DNA of 20,000 nucleotides, taken from the IMG/VR virus record IMGVR_UViG_3300015607_005478. One strand, 5' to 3'. Below are positions 1 to 8,511 of this stretch, in pieces. The DNA comes from an uncultured virus (IMG/VR IMGVR_UViG_3300015607_005478) (taxonomy: Duplodnaviria > Heunggongvirae > Uroviricota > Caudoviricetes). A model generated the notes under the pieces. It saw only the letters and a list, made by a program, of their open reading frames with translations, did no database searches and had not been told where the DNA came from. The position numbers were made by a program, and so were the translations under genes. Every line of letters begins with the position of its first letter. Positions within the stretch are counted from its first letter, which is position 1.

Positions 1-1
1 G

Positions 2-352
2 ACCTTTGCAGAGCATCAATGGAAAAGCATCCTCGCCTCGTATTGCCTGCAGCCGCCCGCGGAGAAGAAGGCGCGGCTGCGCGCCGTCGTCGAGCTCTCT
101 GTGGAACTGACCGAGATCAAGAAGACGCGCCGCTTCGGCACCGCTCTCGCTGACAGCGCCATCGAGGCCGTCATCGAGGGCGATTGGAAGAAGGCGCGTA
201 TGTGCATCAGTTGGTTCTCCTTCACGGACGAGAGCGAGGAGCTCCGTCGAGAAGAAGCACCGCACTGGGAGAAGTTTCGCGCCATCCTCCTCGCCGTCTG
301 TGACGGCGCCGAGCAGCGCATGGTCGGCGTTGAATCGCCGGGAAGGAACTGA
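2..352 (+). CDS. hypothetical protein, 5'-partial
   Basis: Frame is open from base 2 (TFAEHQWKSILASYCLQPP...) through the track ORF 101..352; start lies outside the window. Confidence 0.75.
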   Translation, partial: TFAEHQWKSILASYCLQPPAEKKARLRAVVELSVELTEIKKTRRFGTALADSAIEAVIEGDWKKARMCISWFSFTDESEELRREEAPHWEKFRAILLAVCDGAEQRMVGVESPGRN

Positions 353-354
353 GC

Positions 355-696
355 ATGCGAATGCAGACACTCAGCACTATCGACGCATTGGTACTTCCTC
401 TTCTGAAGGAGGGCGTTCCGATTATCTTGGCGTGGGACGGCGCGAAGAACATCTGGCTCGAGGCTGTTATCTCGGGGCCGGATTGCGATGACGATCCGCC
501 CTTCGATCAGGATGAATGGCTTGAGTACCAGGTCTCCGAAGGGCTGCCCGGCGAGCGCACCTTCGCCGAAAGCTTCTACACGTTCGAGGACGCGCAGAAG
601 GCATTCGATGAAATGTGCCTCGGCGCCAGCAAAACAGCCCCACCAGCCTCCGGGCTCTTTCAGCCACAACCCGCTCGTGTGCGCTCGGATGGCTGA
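355..696 (+). CDS. hypothetical acidic protein (113 aa)
   Basis: Starts 2 nt after previous stop, AAGGA upstream, overlaps next gene. Confidence 0.7.
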   Translation: MRMQTLSTIDALVLPLLKEGVPIILAWDGAKNIWLEAVISGPDCDDDPPFDQDEWLEYQVSEGLPGERTFAESFYTFEDAQKAFDEMCLGASKTAPPASGLFQPQPARVRSDG

Positions 697-1285
697 CATG
701 CTCGCCAAAAAGCTCGCACAGCTCTTTCTACAGATGACCCGCCCCGGGAGTGCGCGCGGTGCAGGCGGACAAACCGTCACCAGCTTCAAGTGCCCCGTAT
801 GCGAGAACGACTTCGCACACGCGGACACGTCGGTGCCGTGGCTATGCCCTGGGTGCGAGCGTGAGGTACGCGCTCTCGCATCGCGTGATGCTTCCTCCGA
901 TGAGTGGATAGCGGTTTTCGCGACGGCATCACTCTCGCATCACTCCGTGCAGCTCCAGAAGTTTTCTGGCGCCACGAACCCCGGCGACATCCAAAGTCCG
1001 GAGATGAGTGAAGAGATGCGCGCGCGAATCACCCGGAGCACCGTCGGAAAAGTATGGCGCGCCCGCATTGGTCGTCAGCGCCGCTGGCACTACGGGTGGG
1101 ATGCGTGCGAAGCGCTGCGCAACGCGCTCAACGGCGGAGGCGTTCGTCTCACGACGCCAATTCCTCAGCTCGAACGCGAGCTTGAAGAACTCGAACGGAC
1201 AAACCCCGAGGTCAGTGCTGCAGCTCGACAGCTAGACCGAGTGACACACGGTATTATCGGGAAAAACAAGCGTGGGGGGATGTGA
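689..1285 (+). CDS. hypothetical zinc-ribbon protein (~198 aa)
   Basis: ATG 689 overlaps previous stop (preferred over track start 488); CPVC...CPGC pair. Confidence 0.7.
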   Translation: MADMLAKKLAQLFLQMTRPGSARGAGGQTVTSFKCPVCENDFAHADTSVPWLCPGCEREVRALASRDASSDEWIAVFATASLSHHSVQLQKFSGATNPGDIQSPEMSEEMRARITRSTVGKVWRARIGRQRRWHYGWDACEALRNALNGGGVRLTTPIPQLERELEELERTNPEVSAAARQLDRVTHGIIGKNKRGGM

Positions 1286-1857
1286 ATATGGGACGCAGTC
1301 TTGTAGCCTCAAGTCTTAGTCGTGGCTTCGACGAGATATCAAGAAGCGTCGCGCACCCACTCCACCGGAAAGGTCAAGCGCATGAATCAGCCGCACACGC
1401 TCGAGGTAACGCCGTGAACCCCATCGACGGCCTCGCACGATTGCAGGCTCCTTCTCCTGTTCGCGTTGTTCCCTCACCCGCTCTGCGTCCGTGCAGGTGG
1501 TGCAATGGGAAAGGTGAGCGCCATCCCGACAACAACGGCAGTCAGTTCAACTGCCAGGACTGCCGGCGTCCTTGCGGCTCGTACATGGTGAAGGACGCTG
1601 TTTGGCGGCAGGCGTGGCCCGACTACGCGAAGAAGAAGCAGGAGCTGATGCAGAAGTACCACGGCACGCCGGAATACTTCCGCACGCACCTCTCGCTTTG
1701 CCTCGGCTGTTTGCAGAAGAGGTTGGGCAGGAAGCTCGCGAAGGAGGACTTCGACCTCACGCTTCCGATCAACAACCTTCTCCTCGTCGGTATGGAGCTC
1801 GGGGCGAAGATGCAGGCCGAGAACTTCCCGAGTGAAGTGCCCGAAGTGCAACGCTGA
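1282..1857 (+). CDS. hypothetical phage-type Cys-rich protein
   Basis: CRWC, CQDC...YMVKDAVW...LCLGCLQKRLGRKL...DF pattern recalled from uncharacterised phage proteins; start uncertain (1282, 1288, or GTG 1414 after GAGGT). Confidence 0.7.
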   Translation: MNMGRSLVASSLSRGFDEISRSVAHPLHRKGQAHESAAHARGNAVNPIDGLARLQAPSPVRVVPSPALRPCRWCNGKGERHPDNNGSQFNCQDCRRPCGSYMVKDAVWRQAWPDYAKKKQELMQKYHGTPEYFRTHLSLCLGCLQKRLGRKLAKEDFDLTLPINNLLLVGMELGAKMQAENFPSEVPEVQR

Positions 1858-2107
1858 CGTAACGAAGACACACGAGCGCACGCCCGGCACGAACGACATC
1901 CACTACGAGAACGGCACGCCCCGGCCGCCCACGATCGACGAGATCTTGGGAGACCGGGGCGTTCGCATTTTCGGAACGGAGTTCGACGTGCTCTTCACGT
2001 GTGCGACGGATGGCGAGTTCGGTGTTCGAGCCGATGGCTCCGCCGAGTTCGCAGAACCCGACACCTGGATTGAAGGACCGACCGGCGAGAAGCTGTTTCG
2101 GATGTGA
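1832..2107 (+). CDS. hypothetical protein (91 aa) with N-terminal CPKC
   Basis: GTG start, fills the gap between neighbours, typical codon usage. Confidence 0.65.
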   Translation: MKCPKCNADVTKTHERTPGTNDIHYENGTPRPPTIDEILGDRGVRIFGTEFDVLFTCATDGEFGVRADGSAEFAEPDTWIEGPTGEKLFRM

Positions 2108-2110
2108 CTC

Positions 2111-2485
2111 ATGGAGCCAATTCGATTCATCTATGACGCGAAGCTGCGCCTAAAGATTACGCGAGCGGAGCTGGCGACCCTTCGAACAATCTGCGAACGT
2201 CACTACGACAGCACGGTTCGCAGACTCAGCATTCCGGGGAGAGGCGCCGTGCTCAACGGTGCAGCCACGATGATGGCTGACCGAAATGAGGTGGATGCAG
2301 ACTTCACGTATCGCGAGCTTGACACGCTCGCGAAGGGACTCGAGCAAGCCGACAGCGAAGAAGAGGTGCTGCTCGCCTTCCGCGTGCGCCGACTACTTCG
2401 CGTTCTCGCTAAAGAGGACGCGGAGATCAACAAAGAGAAGCAGCCCGAGTCTGAATGGTGGGCAGAGCAGCTGAGGGGAACATGA
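2111..2485 (+). CDS. hypothetical protein (124 aa)
   Basis: Starts 3 nt after previous stop; ATGA overlap with next gene. Confidence 0.75.
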   Translation: MEPIRFIYDAKLRLKITRAELATLRTICERHYDSTVRRLSIPGRGAVLNGAATMMADRNEVDADFTYRELDTLAKGLEQADSEEEVLLAFRVRRLLRVLAKEDAEINKEKQPESEWWAEQLRGT

Positions 2486-2799
2486 AGAGGTGTACCGAAG
2501 GTGGAGACTGCAACGGCGGATACATGCGCGGAACTCCGTTTCGCTGCACGAAGTGTAAGCGCATGCCTAATGACGAACCGCAACCGCCGATGCTCTGCGG
2601 GACTTGTTGTGTTATGCACGTGCCGTATGAAACCTGCCCCTCTGTCGATGAGGCTGGCGTCATCGCCATCATTGCTCTGCAGAAGGCGGTGGGCATCACG
2701 GAGACGCATGAAGACGCGCTCGAAGGTTGGAAAGAGATGTCGCTAGAAGAGCGCGCTAACACCCTCGCGGCATATCGCGTGGTTGTCGCGGCCGCGTGA
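2482..2799 (+). CDS. hypothetical Cys-rich protein (105 aa)
   Basis: ATGA overlap, GAGGGG SD, CTKC and CGTCC..H...C motifs; followed by hairpin. Confidence 0.7.
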   Translation: MKRCTEGGDCNGGYMRGTPFRCTKCKRMPNDEPQPPMLCGTCCVMHVPYETCPSVDEAGVIAIIALQKAVGITETHEDALEGWKEMSLEERANTLAAYRVVVAAA

Positions 2800-2802
2800 C
2801 TT

Positions 2803-2836
2803 AGAAGGGCCGCTTGGCCCTTCTTCTTAGCCTCCG
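2803..2836 (+). terminator. terminator-like hairpin with TAGCCTCCG tail
   Basis: AGAAGGGCC-GCTT-GGCCCTTCT perfect 9-bp stem just after the stop at 2799, then TCTTAGCCTCCG. Confidence 0.7.
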
Positions 2837-2849
2837 CTAGGCTGAGCGC

Positions 2850-3383
2850 ATGCTGGACCAGCTCATCGAAGAAACGCGCAAAGAGTTCCCTGACTTCAAG
2901 ACCGTGCGTAAGCGCGACTCTCGCTTGATGAAGACGATCAACGTCTTCTTGATGATCATCTCCTTCGGACTGATGCGCTCGTTCTTTCGCTTCTACACCA
3001 CGCTCGGCACGACCATCTACGTGCCCGATAGCTGGGACACTTCGAGCGAGATCTCGCGCGCCGCTACGATTCGGCACGAGCGCGTGCATATGCGGCAAGC
3101 GCGAAAGTACACCAGGTTCGTCTTCTCGTTCCTCTACCTCTTCGTGTTCTTCCCTGCCGGCCTTGCCTACTTCCGCATGCGCTTCGAGAAGGAGGCGTAC
3201 GAAGAGAGCATCCGCGCGATGTACGAATACGCCGGGCCGGAAGCCATTCAGGACGAAGTTTACCGCGACAAGATCATCACGCACTTCACGAGCGCCGAGT
3301 ACTACTGGATGTGGCCTTTCCGAAAGAGCCTCGAAGCCTGGTACGACGGCGTGGTAAAGAAGGTCTTGAACGGCGTTGCCTGA
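2850..3383 (+). CDS. putative zincin-like metallopeptidase (HExxH), membrane-associated, DUF4157-like
   Basis: TTLGTTIY, HERVH, downstream FEKEAY third-ligand-like motif, two hydrophobic stretches. Confidence 0.7.
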   Translation: MLDQLIEETRKEFPDFKTVRKRDSRLMKTINVFLMIISFGLMRSFFRFYTTLGTTIYVPDSWDTSSEISRAATIRHERVHMRQARKYTRFVFSFLYLFVFFPAGLAYFRMRFEKEAYEESIRAMYEYAGPEAIQDEVYRDKIITHFTSAEYYWMWPFRKSLEAWYDGVVKKVLNGVA

Positions 3384-3386
3384 TCC

Positions 3387-3405
3387 GGAACAAGAAGGGT
3401 GGAGG
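3387..3405 (+). promoter_or_regulatory. repeated promoter-like motif copy 1 plus SD
   Basis: GGAACAAGA-AGG-GTGG(AGG), intergenic, upstream of pyrE ATG 3411. Confidence 0.65.
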
Positions 3406-3410
3406 GCCGT

Positions 3411-3980
3411 ATGGCTAGAGAAACGGATGTTCCCCGCACAATGCTCCTCGAGCTTCTGAAGGAGCATGCGCTCAAGCGCGGGGACTTCACGCTGAAGTCG
3501 GGGAGAAAGAGCAACTTCCTCATCAACTGCAAGGACGTCGTGCTCACAGCCGATGGGCACTACTTCGTGGGTCGTGTGATGCTCGAGACACTCCAAACCG
3601 CGGGCTGTAAGGCTGTGGCGGGTGTCGAGCTCGGTGGGTGCCCCATCGCGAGCGCCATAGCGATGGCGAGCTCGGTAACGGACAAGCCCATCAACGCCGT
3701 CTACGTTCGCAAGTCGCCGAAGGATCATGGCTCGAAGAACCTCCTCGAGGGCGAGGCGTTTGTGAAGAGAACGGACCCCATCGTTGTGGTTGAGGACGTG
3801 ACGACGACAGGTTCTAGCGCCCTCGACGCCGTCATCCAGCTTTGGAAGTACGGCTACAGCGTGATGGGCGTAGCCACACTTGTGGACCGCCTCGAGGGCG
3901 GCCGAGAAAACATCGTGTCGAAGAACCTCACGTTCTGGAGCGTGTTCGACCGCAACGACTTCCTTCCATCAGGTGAGTGA
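3411..3980 (+). CDS. pyrE: orotate phosphoribosyltransferase
   Basis: GDFTLKSGRKS, flexible loop YVRKSPKDHG, PRPP-binding VVVEDVTTTGSS, LVDRLEGG; SD GGAGG 3401-3405 (alternative GTG 3399). Confidence 0.95.
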   Translation: MARETDVPRTMLLELLKEHALKRGDFTLKSGRKSNFLINCKDVVLTADGHYFVGRVMLETLQTAGCKAVAGVELGGCPIASAIAMASSVTDKPINAVYVRKSPKDHGSKNLLEGEAFVKRTDPIVVVEDVTTTGSSALDAVIQLWKYGYSVMGVATLVDRLEGGRENIVSKNLTFWSVFDRNDFLPSGE

Positions 3981-4468
3981 TGACGAACGAAGAGCTCGCC
4001 GACGAGATCATCGTCCGCTTCAACAAACTCCTCGAAAATCCCGAGGTGCGCGCGGACATCAACGCGTTGCTACATCGCACCGTTGGCGCGTGCTGGCAGA
4101 CGCAGGAACATCCCACGATTCAAACCAACGCGCGGCGCCTCAGCGTCATGGGCTTGCTCAACGGCCTCATCGGAACTATCGGTGCCGGGCCGCGCGCCTC
4201 GTGGGGCCTCATCTCAGCTGAGTTCGACGATAGTGAATCGCTCGTGCGCTTTGTTCGCACGGAGCCATTTGTCGTTGGCGCGCCCGTGTGGTGCAAGGAC
4301 ATCACCGGCCCGTATCCAGAACTTCGCGGCCTTGTTGGCGCAGTGAAAGAGATCACGCCGACAGAGATCGTGGTCACGTATCACATCGGGAGAACGAAGA
4401 AGGATTACATCCTTCCTCGAGAAGAGGTGGTGCCCCATGAGCCCGTACCGCGTAAGCGCAAAGCCTGA
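3977..4468 (+). CDS. hypothetical phage protein with possible C-terminal SH3/KOW-like domain
   Basis: GTGA overlap with pyrE; HPTIQ...MGLLNGLIG pattern; C-terminal FVVGAPVW...GLVGAVKEI...IVVTY beta pattern. Confidence 0.7.
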   Translation: MMTNEELADEIIVRFNKLLENPEVRADINALLHRTVGACWQTQEHPTIQTNARRLSVMGLLNGLIGTIGAGPRASWGLISAEFDDSESLVRFVRTEPFVVGAPVWCKDITGPYPELRGLVGAVKEITPTEIVVTYHIGRTKKDYILPREEVVPHEPVPRKRKA

Positions 4469-4829
4469 AGAGCTGGCGCCGAAGAAGCCGTTTCTCTGCC
4501 GCATCGGTTTTCATGTCTGGGGCGGATGGGTGCTCGATGGCTGCAGCGTGTTCTGGTGCACGCGCTGCGAGAAGCATTTCTTCACCAACAAGCACCCAGA
4601 AGAGGTAGCGGCGGGTGACACTGTCGTCTCGTGGAGGCAGGTTCTCGGCGAGGTCCATCTTTGTGAAAACAAGTGGGCTACAGAGCCGTGCCGGAACAAT
4701 GCCACCTGTCTTGTGCAGCTCTATAGTGGAGCAGGCTGGGTGCTCTGCGATAAGTGCACCATGCACATGATCTGGGGAGAGGACGTCGAAACAGTGATCG
4801 CTCGTCCCCTTTTGCTGCGCACGCCATAA
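4437..4829 (+). CDS. hypothetical Cys-rich protein (130 aa)
   Basis: LCRIGFHVW...CTRC and LCDKC motifs; stop merges into next gene's SD (TAAGGAGG). Confidence 0.7.
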   Translation: MSPYRVSAKPEELAPKKPFLCRIGFHVWGGWVLDGCSVFWCTRCEKHFFTNKHPEEVAAGDTVVSWRQVLGEVHLCENKWATEPCRNNATCLVQLYSGAGWVLCDKCTMHMIWGEDVETVIARPLLLRTP

Positions 4830-4839
4830 GGAGGTCGAC

Positions 4840-5019
4840 ATGATGGGTGGAGACATTGCGGTCAACGTCCGCACGGGCGAGTACCGTCTTGTGATCGAAG
4901 TAGACCGCTTCCACAACGAAGTGACGTTCTCCGGCTCAATGAAGTGGGAGAGCTCGAAGGACTGGCGCGCGAGCGGCCGACACATGCGCCTGGTATGGGG
5001 CGCCTTCAAGGAGACGTGA
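4840..5019 (+). CDS. small hypothetical protein (59 aa), absent from ORF track
   Basis: Strong SD TAAGGAGGT; MMGGDIAVNVRTGEYRLVIEVDRF...WGAFKET*; fills the gap exactly up to ATG 5021. Confidence 0.75.
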   Translation: MMGGDIAVNVRTGEYRLVIEVDRFHNEVTFSGSMKWESSKDWRASGRHMRLVWGAFKET

Positions 5020-5020
5020 G

Positions 5021-6652
5021 ATGCACGTCGACGACTTCATCGAAGATCCGACATCCGATAAGTACGCGGTGTCGTGGTTCGAGTCATTTCGGCGGCCAGA
5101 GTGGGCCAAGCTAGAAAAGCCTGATGAGCGAAAGCTCTATGCAACGTACAAGGGCGAACGCTACCTCGTGACGGGCTGCTCGCGGATGGGCGATGTGTGG
5201 CTGCACTCGGACCTGACGTACACGGGCATGAGCTACGAGAGACGCGTGAACGTGGCTGACTGCTCTGCGTGGTCATCAGAGCCACAGGAGAAGGGCGATG
5301 CCGAAAATTCGAATCTCATGGGAGCAAGCGCGGATGCTGGGGATAGCGCACTGCGAATGCGGTCACCCAGCGAACAATCACTTCCTGGACCAACCGGGGA
5401 AGCCGTGCGCGCACTGCAAGTGCAAGAAGATGAAAGAGCGCATCACGCTGCCGAAGCGCCGGCGTTAGGGCATGAGCAAGTGATCATTGGTGCCATCTCC
5501 GGCGAAGGCTATGTACAGTCTTGGGGAGTGAGCGCAGACCATGACGCGGGCGAGGCTCGCCAAAACCAGATCATCGTCGAGACTCCGCGCTCAAGCGATG
5601 TCACGACCGAACATGCTGAGGCGTTGATCGCCTGCGCGGCGCCCGTCGCGCCGGTAGCAACCTTCATCACTGCAGATGAGAATCGCCCGAACGAGGCGCC
5701 GCCCGCGGAGAAGTGCGGCACGTGGCTCGACGACGGGACGTGGGAATGCAGGTGCCGCCATGCGAGCGTGAACGACGCTGCCGTCTTTCGGTGTGGATTC
5801 TGCCAACTCTTTCGGCCCGCACCGCGCCCGCAAGAGGCGCCGACACCGAAGATCGACACGGCCGCATGGCTGGAGAGCATCGCTGGCCTGGCCGAAAAGT
5901 TTCTCGAGGACACCACCGACTTCGCGGTCCGCGGACTGCTCGATAGGGCACTCACGCTTCGCCACCACAAGCCGAGCCCAGATTCGCCCACGCTAAAGGC
6001 CGCGACACTGGAGTGCGATCACTGCGGCGATGTCGCGATCGAGTCGAGTAGCGGATACTTTTGGGACGGCGACGGCGGGCGATGTCTCGCGTGTGGCCAC
6101 CCTGGCCATGTTTCTTGTGACGGCGAGGAGTCGCCTTGGTGGAGCACGGGAGACGGAGAGGACGACTTTTGCGCACGTCCCGATTGTGAGGAATGCAACG
6201 AACGCCGCGTGAAGCGGACGGACAAGGCGCTGCTCGATAACATCAATGAGCAAAGGGCGCTGGTCGGGAATCCACCGCTGTCCCGCGACGAGCTGCGCAA
6301 CGCAACTCGCTGCTGTCGAGCATTTTACGGACACGAGGCTGGGTGTCCTAGCGCCAAGGGAACGAAGGGCTCACTGTTGCTCGCGAGCGGCATCTGTCTC
6401 ACGGTGGAAGAGGTCGACGAAGTGCTCGCAGCACGTCGCGTGGACTATCCGCTTCCCGCTCGCGAGATCGCCGAGATGCTGCGGTACCTCTGCGGCGCGC
6501 TCGAACACGATCTCCCGTCCGAAGGCATGGGCGACGACGATGCCGAGCGCCAGAGTCTCAGCTACCTCTACGACAACATTCGCCAGGCGCAGGCTATGGC
6601 GACGCGGCTCGATCCTCGCACTGATTCAGTCACGACACCGGAGAAGAAGTGA
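5021..6652 (+). CDS. 543-aa composite ORF: N-terminal small phage domain plus C-terminal multi-zinc-finger region; probably two genes joined in frame
   Basis: SD AAGGAG; HVDDFI...YLVTGCSRMGDVWL...CSAWS module ending near 5287; WECRC...CGFC, CDHC, CLAC, CEEC motifs later; possible second start GTG 5528. Confidence 0.65.
   Translation: MHVDDFIEDPTSDKYAVSWFESFRRPEWAKLEKPDERKLYATYKGERYLVTGCSRMGDVWLHSDLTYTGMSYERRVNVADCSAWSSEPQEKGDAENSNLMGASADAGDSALRMRSPSEQSLPGPTGEAVRALQVQEDERAHHAAEAPALGHEQVIIGAISGEGYVQSWGVSADHDAGEARQNQIIVETPRSSDVTTEHAEALIACAAPVAPVATFITADENRPNEAPPAEKCGTWLDDGTWECRCRHASVNDAAVFRCGFCQLFRPAPRPQEAPTPKIDTAAWLESIAGLAEKFLEDTTDFAVRGLLDRALTLRHHKPSPDSPTLKAATLECDHCGDVAIESSSGYFWDGDGGRCLACGHPGHVSCDGEESPWWSTGDGEDDFCARPDCEECNERRVKRTDKALLDNINEQRALVGNPPLSRDELRNATRCCRAFYGHEAGCPSAKGTKGSLLLASGICLTVEEVDEVLAARRVDYPLPAREIAEMLRYLCGALEHDLPSEGMGDDDAERQSLSYLYDNIRQAQAMATRLDPRTDSVTTPEKK
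5298..5468 (+). CDS. nested 56-aa basic zinc-binding protein in the +1 frame
   Basis: AGGAG 7 nt before ATG; MPKIRISWEQARMLGIAHCECGHPANNHFLDQPGKPCAHCKCKKMKERITLPKRRR*. Confidence 0.7.
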   Translation: MPKIRISWEQARMLGIAHCECGHPANNHFLDQPGKPCAHCKCKKMKERITLPKRRR

Positions 6653-6891
6653 TGCTGAGTTGGGGTGCGTGCCTCGTCATGACGTTCATCGGTGCGTTTT
6701 TGATCGGTCGCATGTGGGAGCGTGCCAAGCGAGAGCGTCCCTATTGCCGCGAGGAATCGTGTCGAAGACGCGTCGACATCGCTGGGGCACGTTGCCAGCC
6801 ATGTCTCGAGGGAATCGCTCGTAAGTACGAGATGCTCACCGCTGTTGCGAAGGCTCAGGGCACGAACGGAAAGAAGGTGCACGGGTCATGA
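6649..6891 (+). CDS. small membrane-anchored Cys-motif protein (80 aa)
   Basis: GTGA overlap; N-terminal hydrophobic helix then CxxxxC...CQPC. Confidence 0.65.
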   Translation: MMLSWGACLVMTFIGAFLIGRMWERAKRERPYCREESCRRRVDIAGARCQPCLEGIARKYEMLTAVAKAQGTNGKKVHGS

Positions 6892-6936
6892 CGCTCGAAC
6901 GCGGTCTAGAAAACGCTCAAGAAGCGAGATGGATGA

Positions 6937-6955
6937 GGCATAAGAGGTGTGGAGG
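6937..6955 (+). promoter_or_regulatory. repeated promoter-like motif copy 2 plus SD
   Basis: GGCATAAGA-GGT-GTGG(AGG), upstream of ATG 6963. Confidence 0.65.
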
Positions 6956-6962
6956 CTAGACC

Positions 6963-7277
6963 ATGACCACACTTCTTCAACGACTCATCCTCGCGCTCTC
7001 GGACAACGACCTCTGCGATATCCGTGAACTCATCACGCAGGAGATGAAGCAGCGCCCGCTTAGAACTACGTGGCTCACTGCGATACCAGAGACGGTGGAC
7101 GATCGAGCAGCTCTCATGCGCTTCTTCATGCTCGATCGCAATATCACCGAACGCGACGCCCTTCGTCTTTGCACGGCGGTGAACTCAGGTGAGGCCGTCA
7201 ACATGAAGTATCTCACGCTCGACGCGTTCGACCGACTTAGCAGGATCCCAGGCGTTGTGCTGCGGTTGGAGCTCTAG
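6963..7277 (+). CDS. hypothetical protein (104 aa)
   Basis: GGAGG SD 7 nt upstream; abuts next gene. Confidence 0.8.
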   Translation: MTTLLQRLILALSDNDLCDIRELITQEMKQRPLRTTWLTAIPETVDDRAALMRFFMLDRNITERDALRLCTAVNSGEAVNMKYLTLDAFDRLSRIPGVVLRLEL

Positions 7278-7631
7278 ATGGCGCGGGCGCAAGCGGGCAT
7301 CCCGGGCATCAGCGTTTCAATCGAGACCGAGGACTACGTCATCATCACGCGCGGAGATCGGAAGGTCTTCGTCCACTTCAATGACCGCGACGGCAAAGTG
7401 TTCGCGAAGGTCAGTGGTGCTGGCGAATCACCGCTCGGGCGTATTCAACGCATCCTTGAGGCGACGGATATCGGAACGCCTCGCGGCGTGAACTCAGGGC
7501 GCTCGTCTTTGCGCGAGCGCGTTACCGCGTGCAAACACGAGATGTGGCACGTCGGTCTCGACACCCTTATTCGCTGCGTCGATTGTTCTGAAGTGGCGAA
7601 CAAGGAGTACTTCAAGGGAAGAGCAAAATGA
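7278..7631 (+). CDS. hypothetical protein (117 aa) with C-terminal CxH...CxxC
   Basis: Abuts previous stop, GGAG SD, ATGA overlap downstream. Confidence 0.75.
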   Translation: MARAQAGIPGISVSIETEDYVIITRGDRKVFVHFNDRDGKVFAKVSGAGESPLGRIQRILEATDIGTPRGVNSGRSSLRERVTACKHEMWHVGLDTLIRCVDCSEVANKEYFKGRAK

Positions 7632-8104
7632 GCATCGAACAAGATCTTGAGTTCTGGCACATCGAAGAGGACATTCGGTACTTCAAGGCGAAGATCGAGC
7701 TATCCATGCGCAGTCTGCCACCGCTCGCCGCCGAACGCGCGCGGATGTACCTCGTGCTTCTTACACAAGCCCGTGATGAGCTCGTGTTGAAGCATCCGCG
7801 CACGGGTGCCGAGACGTTCATGCCGAAGATGACGAACGAGGCACGCATCGAGTTCGTCAAGCACGCGCTCAACAGCGGACAAGAACAAGCACTCATAGAC
7901 TTTGCCGTGCACTACATCCAGGATCGCCTCGAGCATCTTGCGCGGCAGCCGCCCATGCCTCTCGGCAAGACGGCTCAGCAGGTGAATGAAGCCATCGAGA
8001 TCATCATGCAGTTCCTGCGTGACAACGGGCAGACGCAGCAGCTCGCGCGCCTCGAAGGGCAGTACAAAGCCATGCGCATTCTCGAGGGCGAGCCGTCTTC
8101 GTGA
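7628..8104 (+). CDS. hypothetical helical protein (158 aa)
   Basis: Four-base overlaps at both ends; typical codon usage. Confidence 0.8.
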   Translation: MSIEQDLEFWHIEEDIRYFKAKIELSMRSLPPLAAERARMYLVLLTQARDELVLKHPRTGAETFMPKMTNEARIEFVKHALNSGQEQALIDFAVHYIQDRLEHLARQPPMPLGKTAQQVNEAIEIIMQFLRDNGQTQQLARLEGQYKAMRILEGEPSS

Positions 8105-8283
8105 GCTACCGGATGCCGGTTGGCTGCCCCGCCTGCGGTGCACCTGCGGGTCAACCTTGTCGTCGACGCATCATTGATAGAAGCGACGGAAGCATACGCG
8201 TGCTCGGACACACGCCACGCTCACCGCATGTAGCGAGGCTCATGCGCATTCACGTGCTCAACCGAAAGAAAGAACATGGGTAA
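8101..8283 (+). CDS. small phage-type zinc-finger protein (60 aa)
   Basis: CPACGAPAGQPC...H..R motif; GTGA overlap. Confidence 0.7.
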   Translation: MSYRMPVGCPACGAPAGQPCRRRIIDRSDGSIRVLGHTPRSPHVARLMRIHVLNRKKEHG

Positions 8284-8509
8284 GTACGCACCGAATCCGA
8301 AGTGTGGAGCCTGCATCGCCGGTGGTGAACTCTGCATGCAATGCGCCCTCGACTGGCGCCTCAAGCAGAGCGCGGATGAAACGCGCGTTCTTCGACGCAT
8401 CGCCGCCATCGTCCGCGACCGCGCCCTTTTACGCATTCCCGAGCTCAAGCCGCTCTACAAGCGCCTCGACACCATCAGGAACCGCAAGCCGCGTCGGAAG
8501 AAGAGGTAG
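8276..8509 (+). CDS. small basic CxxC-CxxC protein (77 aa)
   Basis: CGAC...CMQC, basic tail, overlaps previous stop. Confidence 0.7.
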   Translation: MGKYAPNPKCGACIAGGELCMQCALDWRLKQSADETRVLRRIAAIVRDRALLRIPELKPLYKRLDTIRNRKPRRKKR

Positions 8510-8511
8510 TC

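Noticed and set aside
1286..1413. Possible non-coding or regulatory segment containing TAGCCT if the gene starts at 1414
   Set aside because: No convincing hairpin or motif match and the frame is open, so it cannot be distinguished from coding sequence
4823..4835. GCCATAAGGAGG (and CGATAAGCTGGAGG near 15513) as extra promoter-motif copies
   Set aside because: Do not fit GGNAYAAGA or the fixed spacing; explained by a TAA stop followed by an SD
6888..6959. 23-aa ORF MTLERGLENAQEARWMRHKRCGG with ATGA overlap
   Set aside because: Too short to support, runs across promoter motif copy 2, no distinctive features
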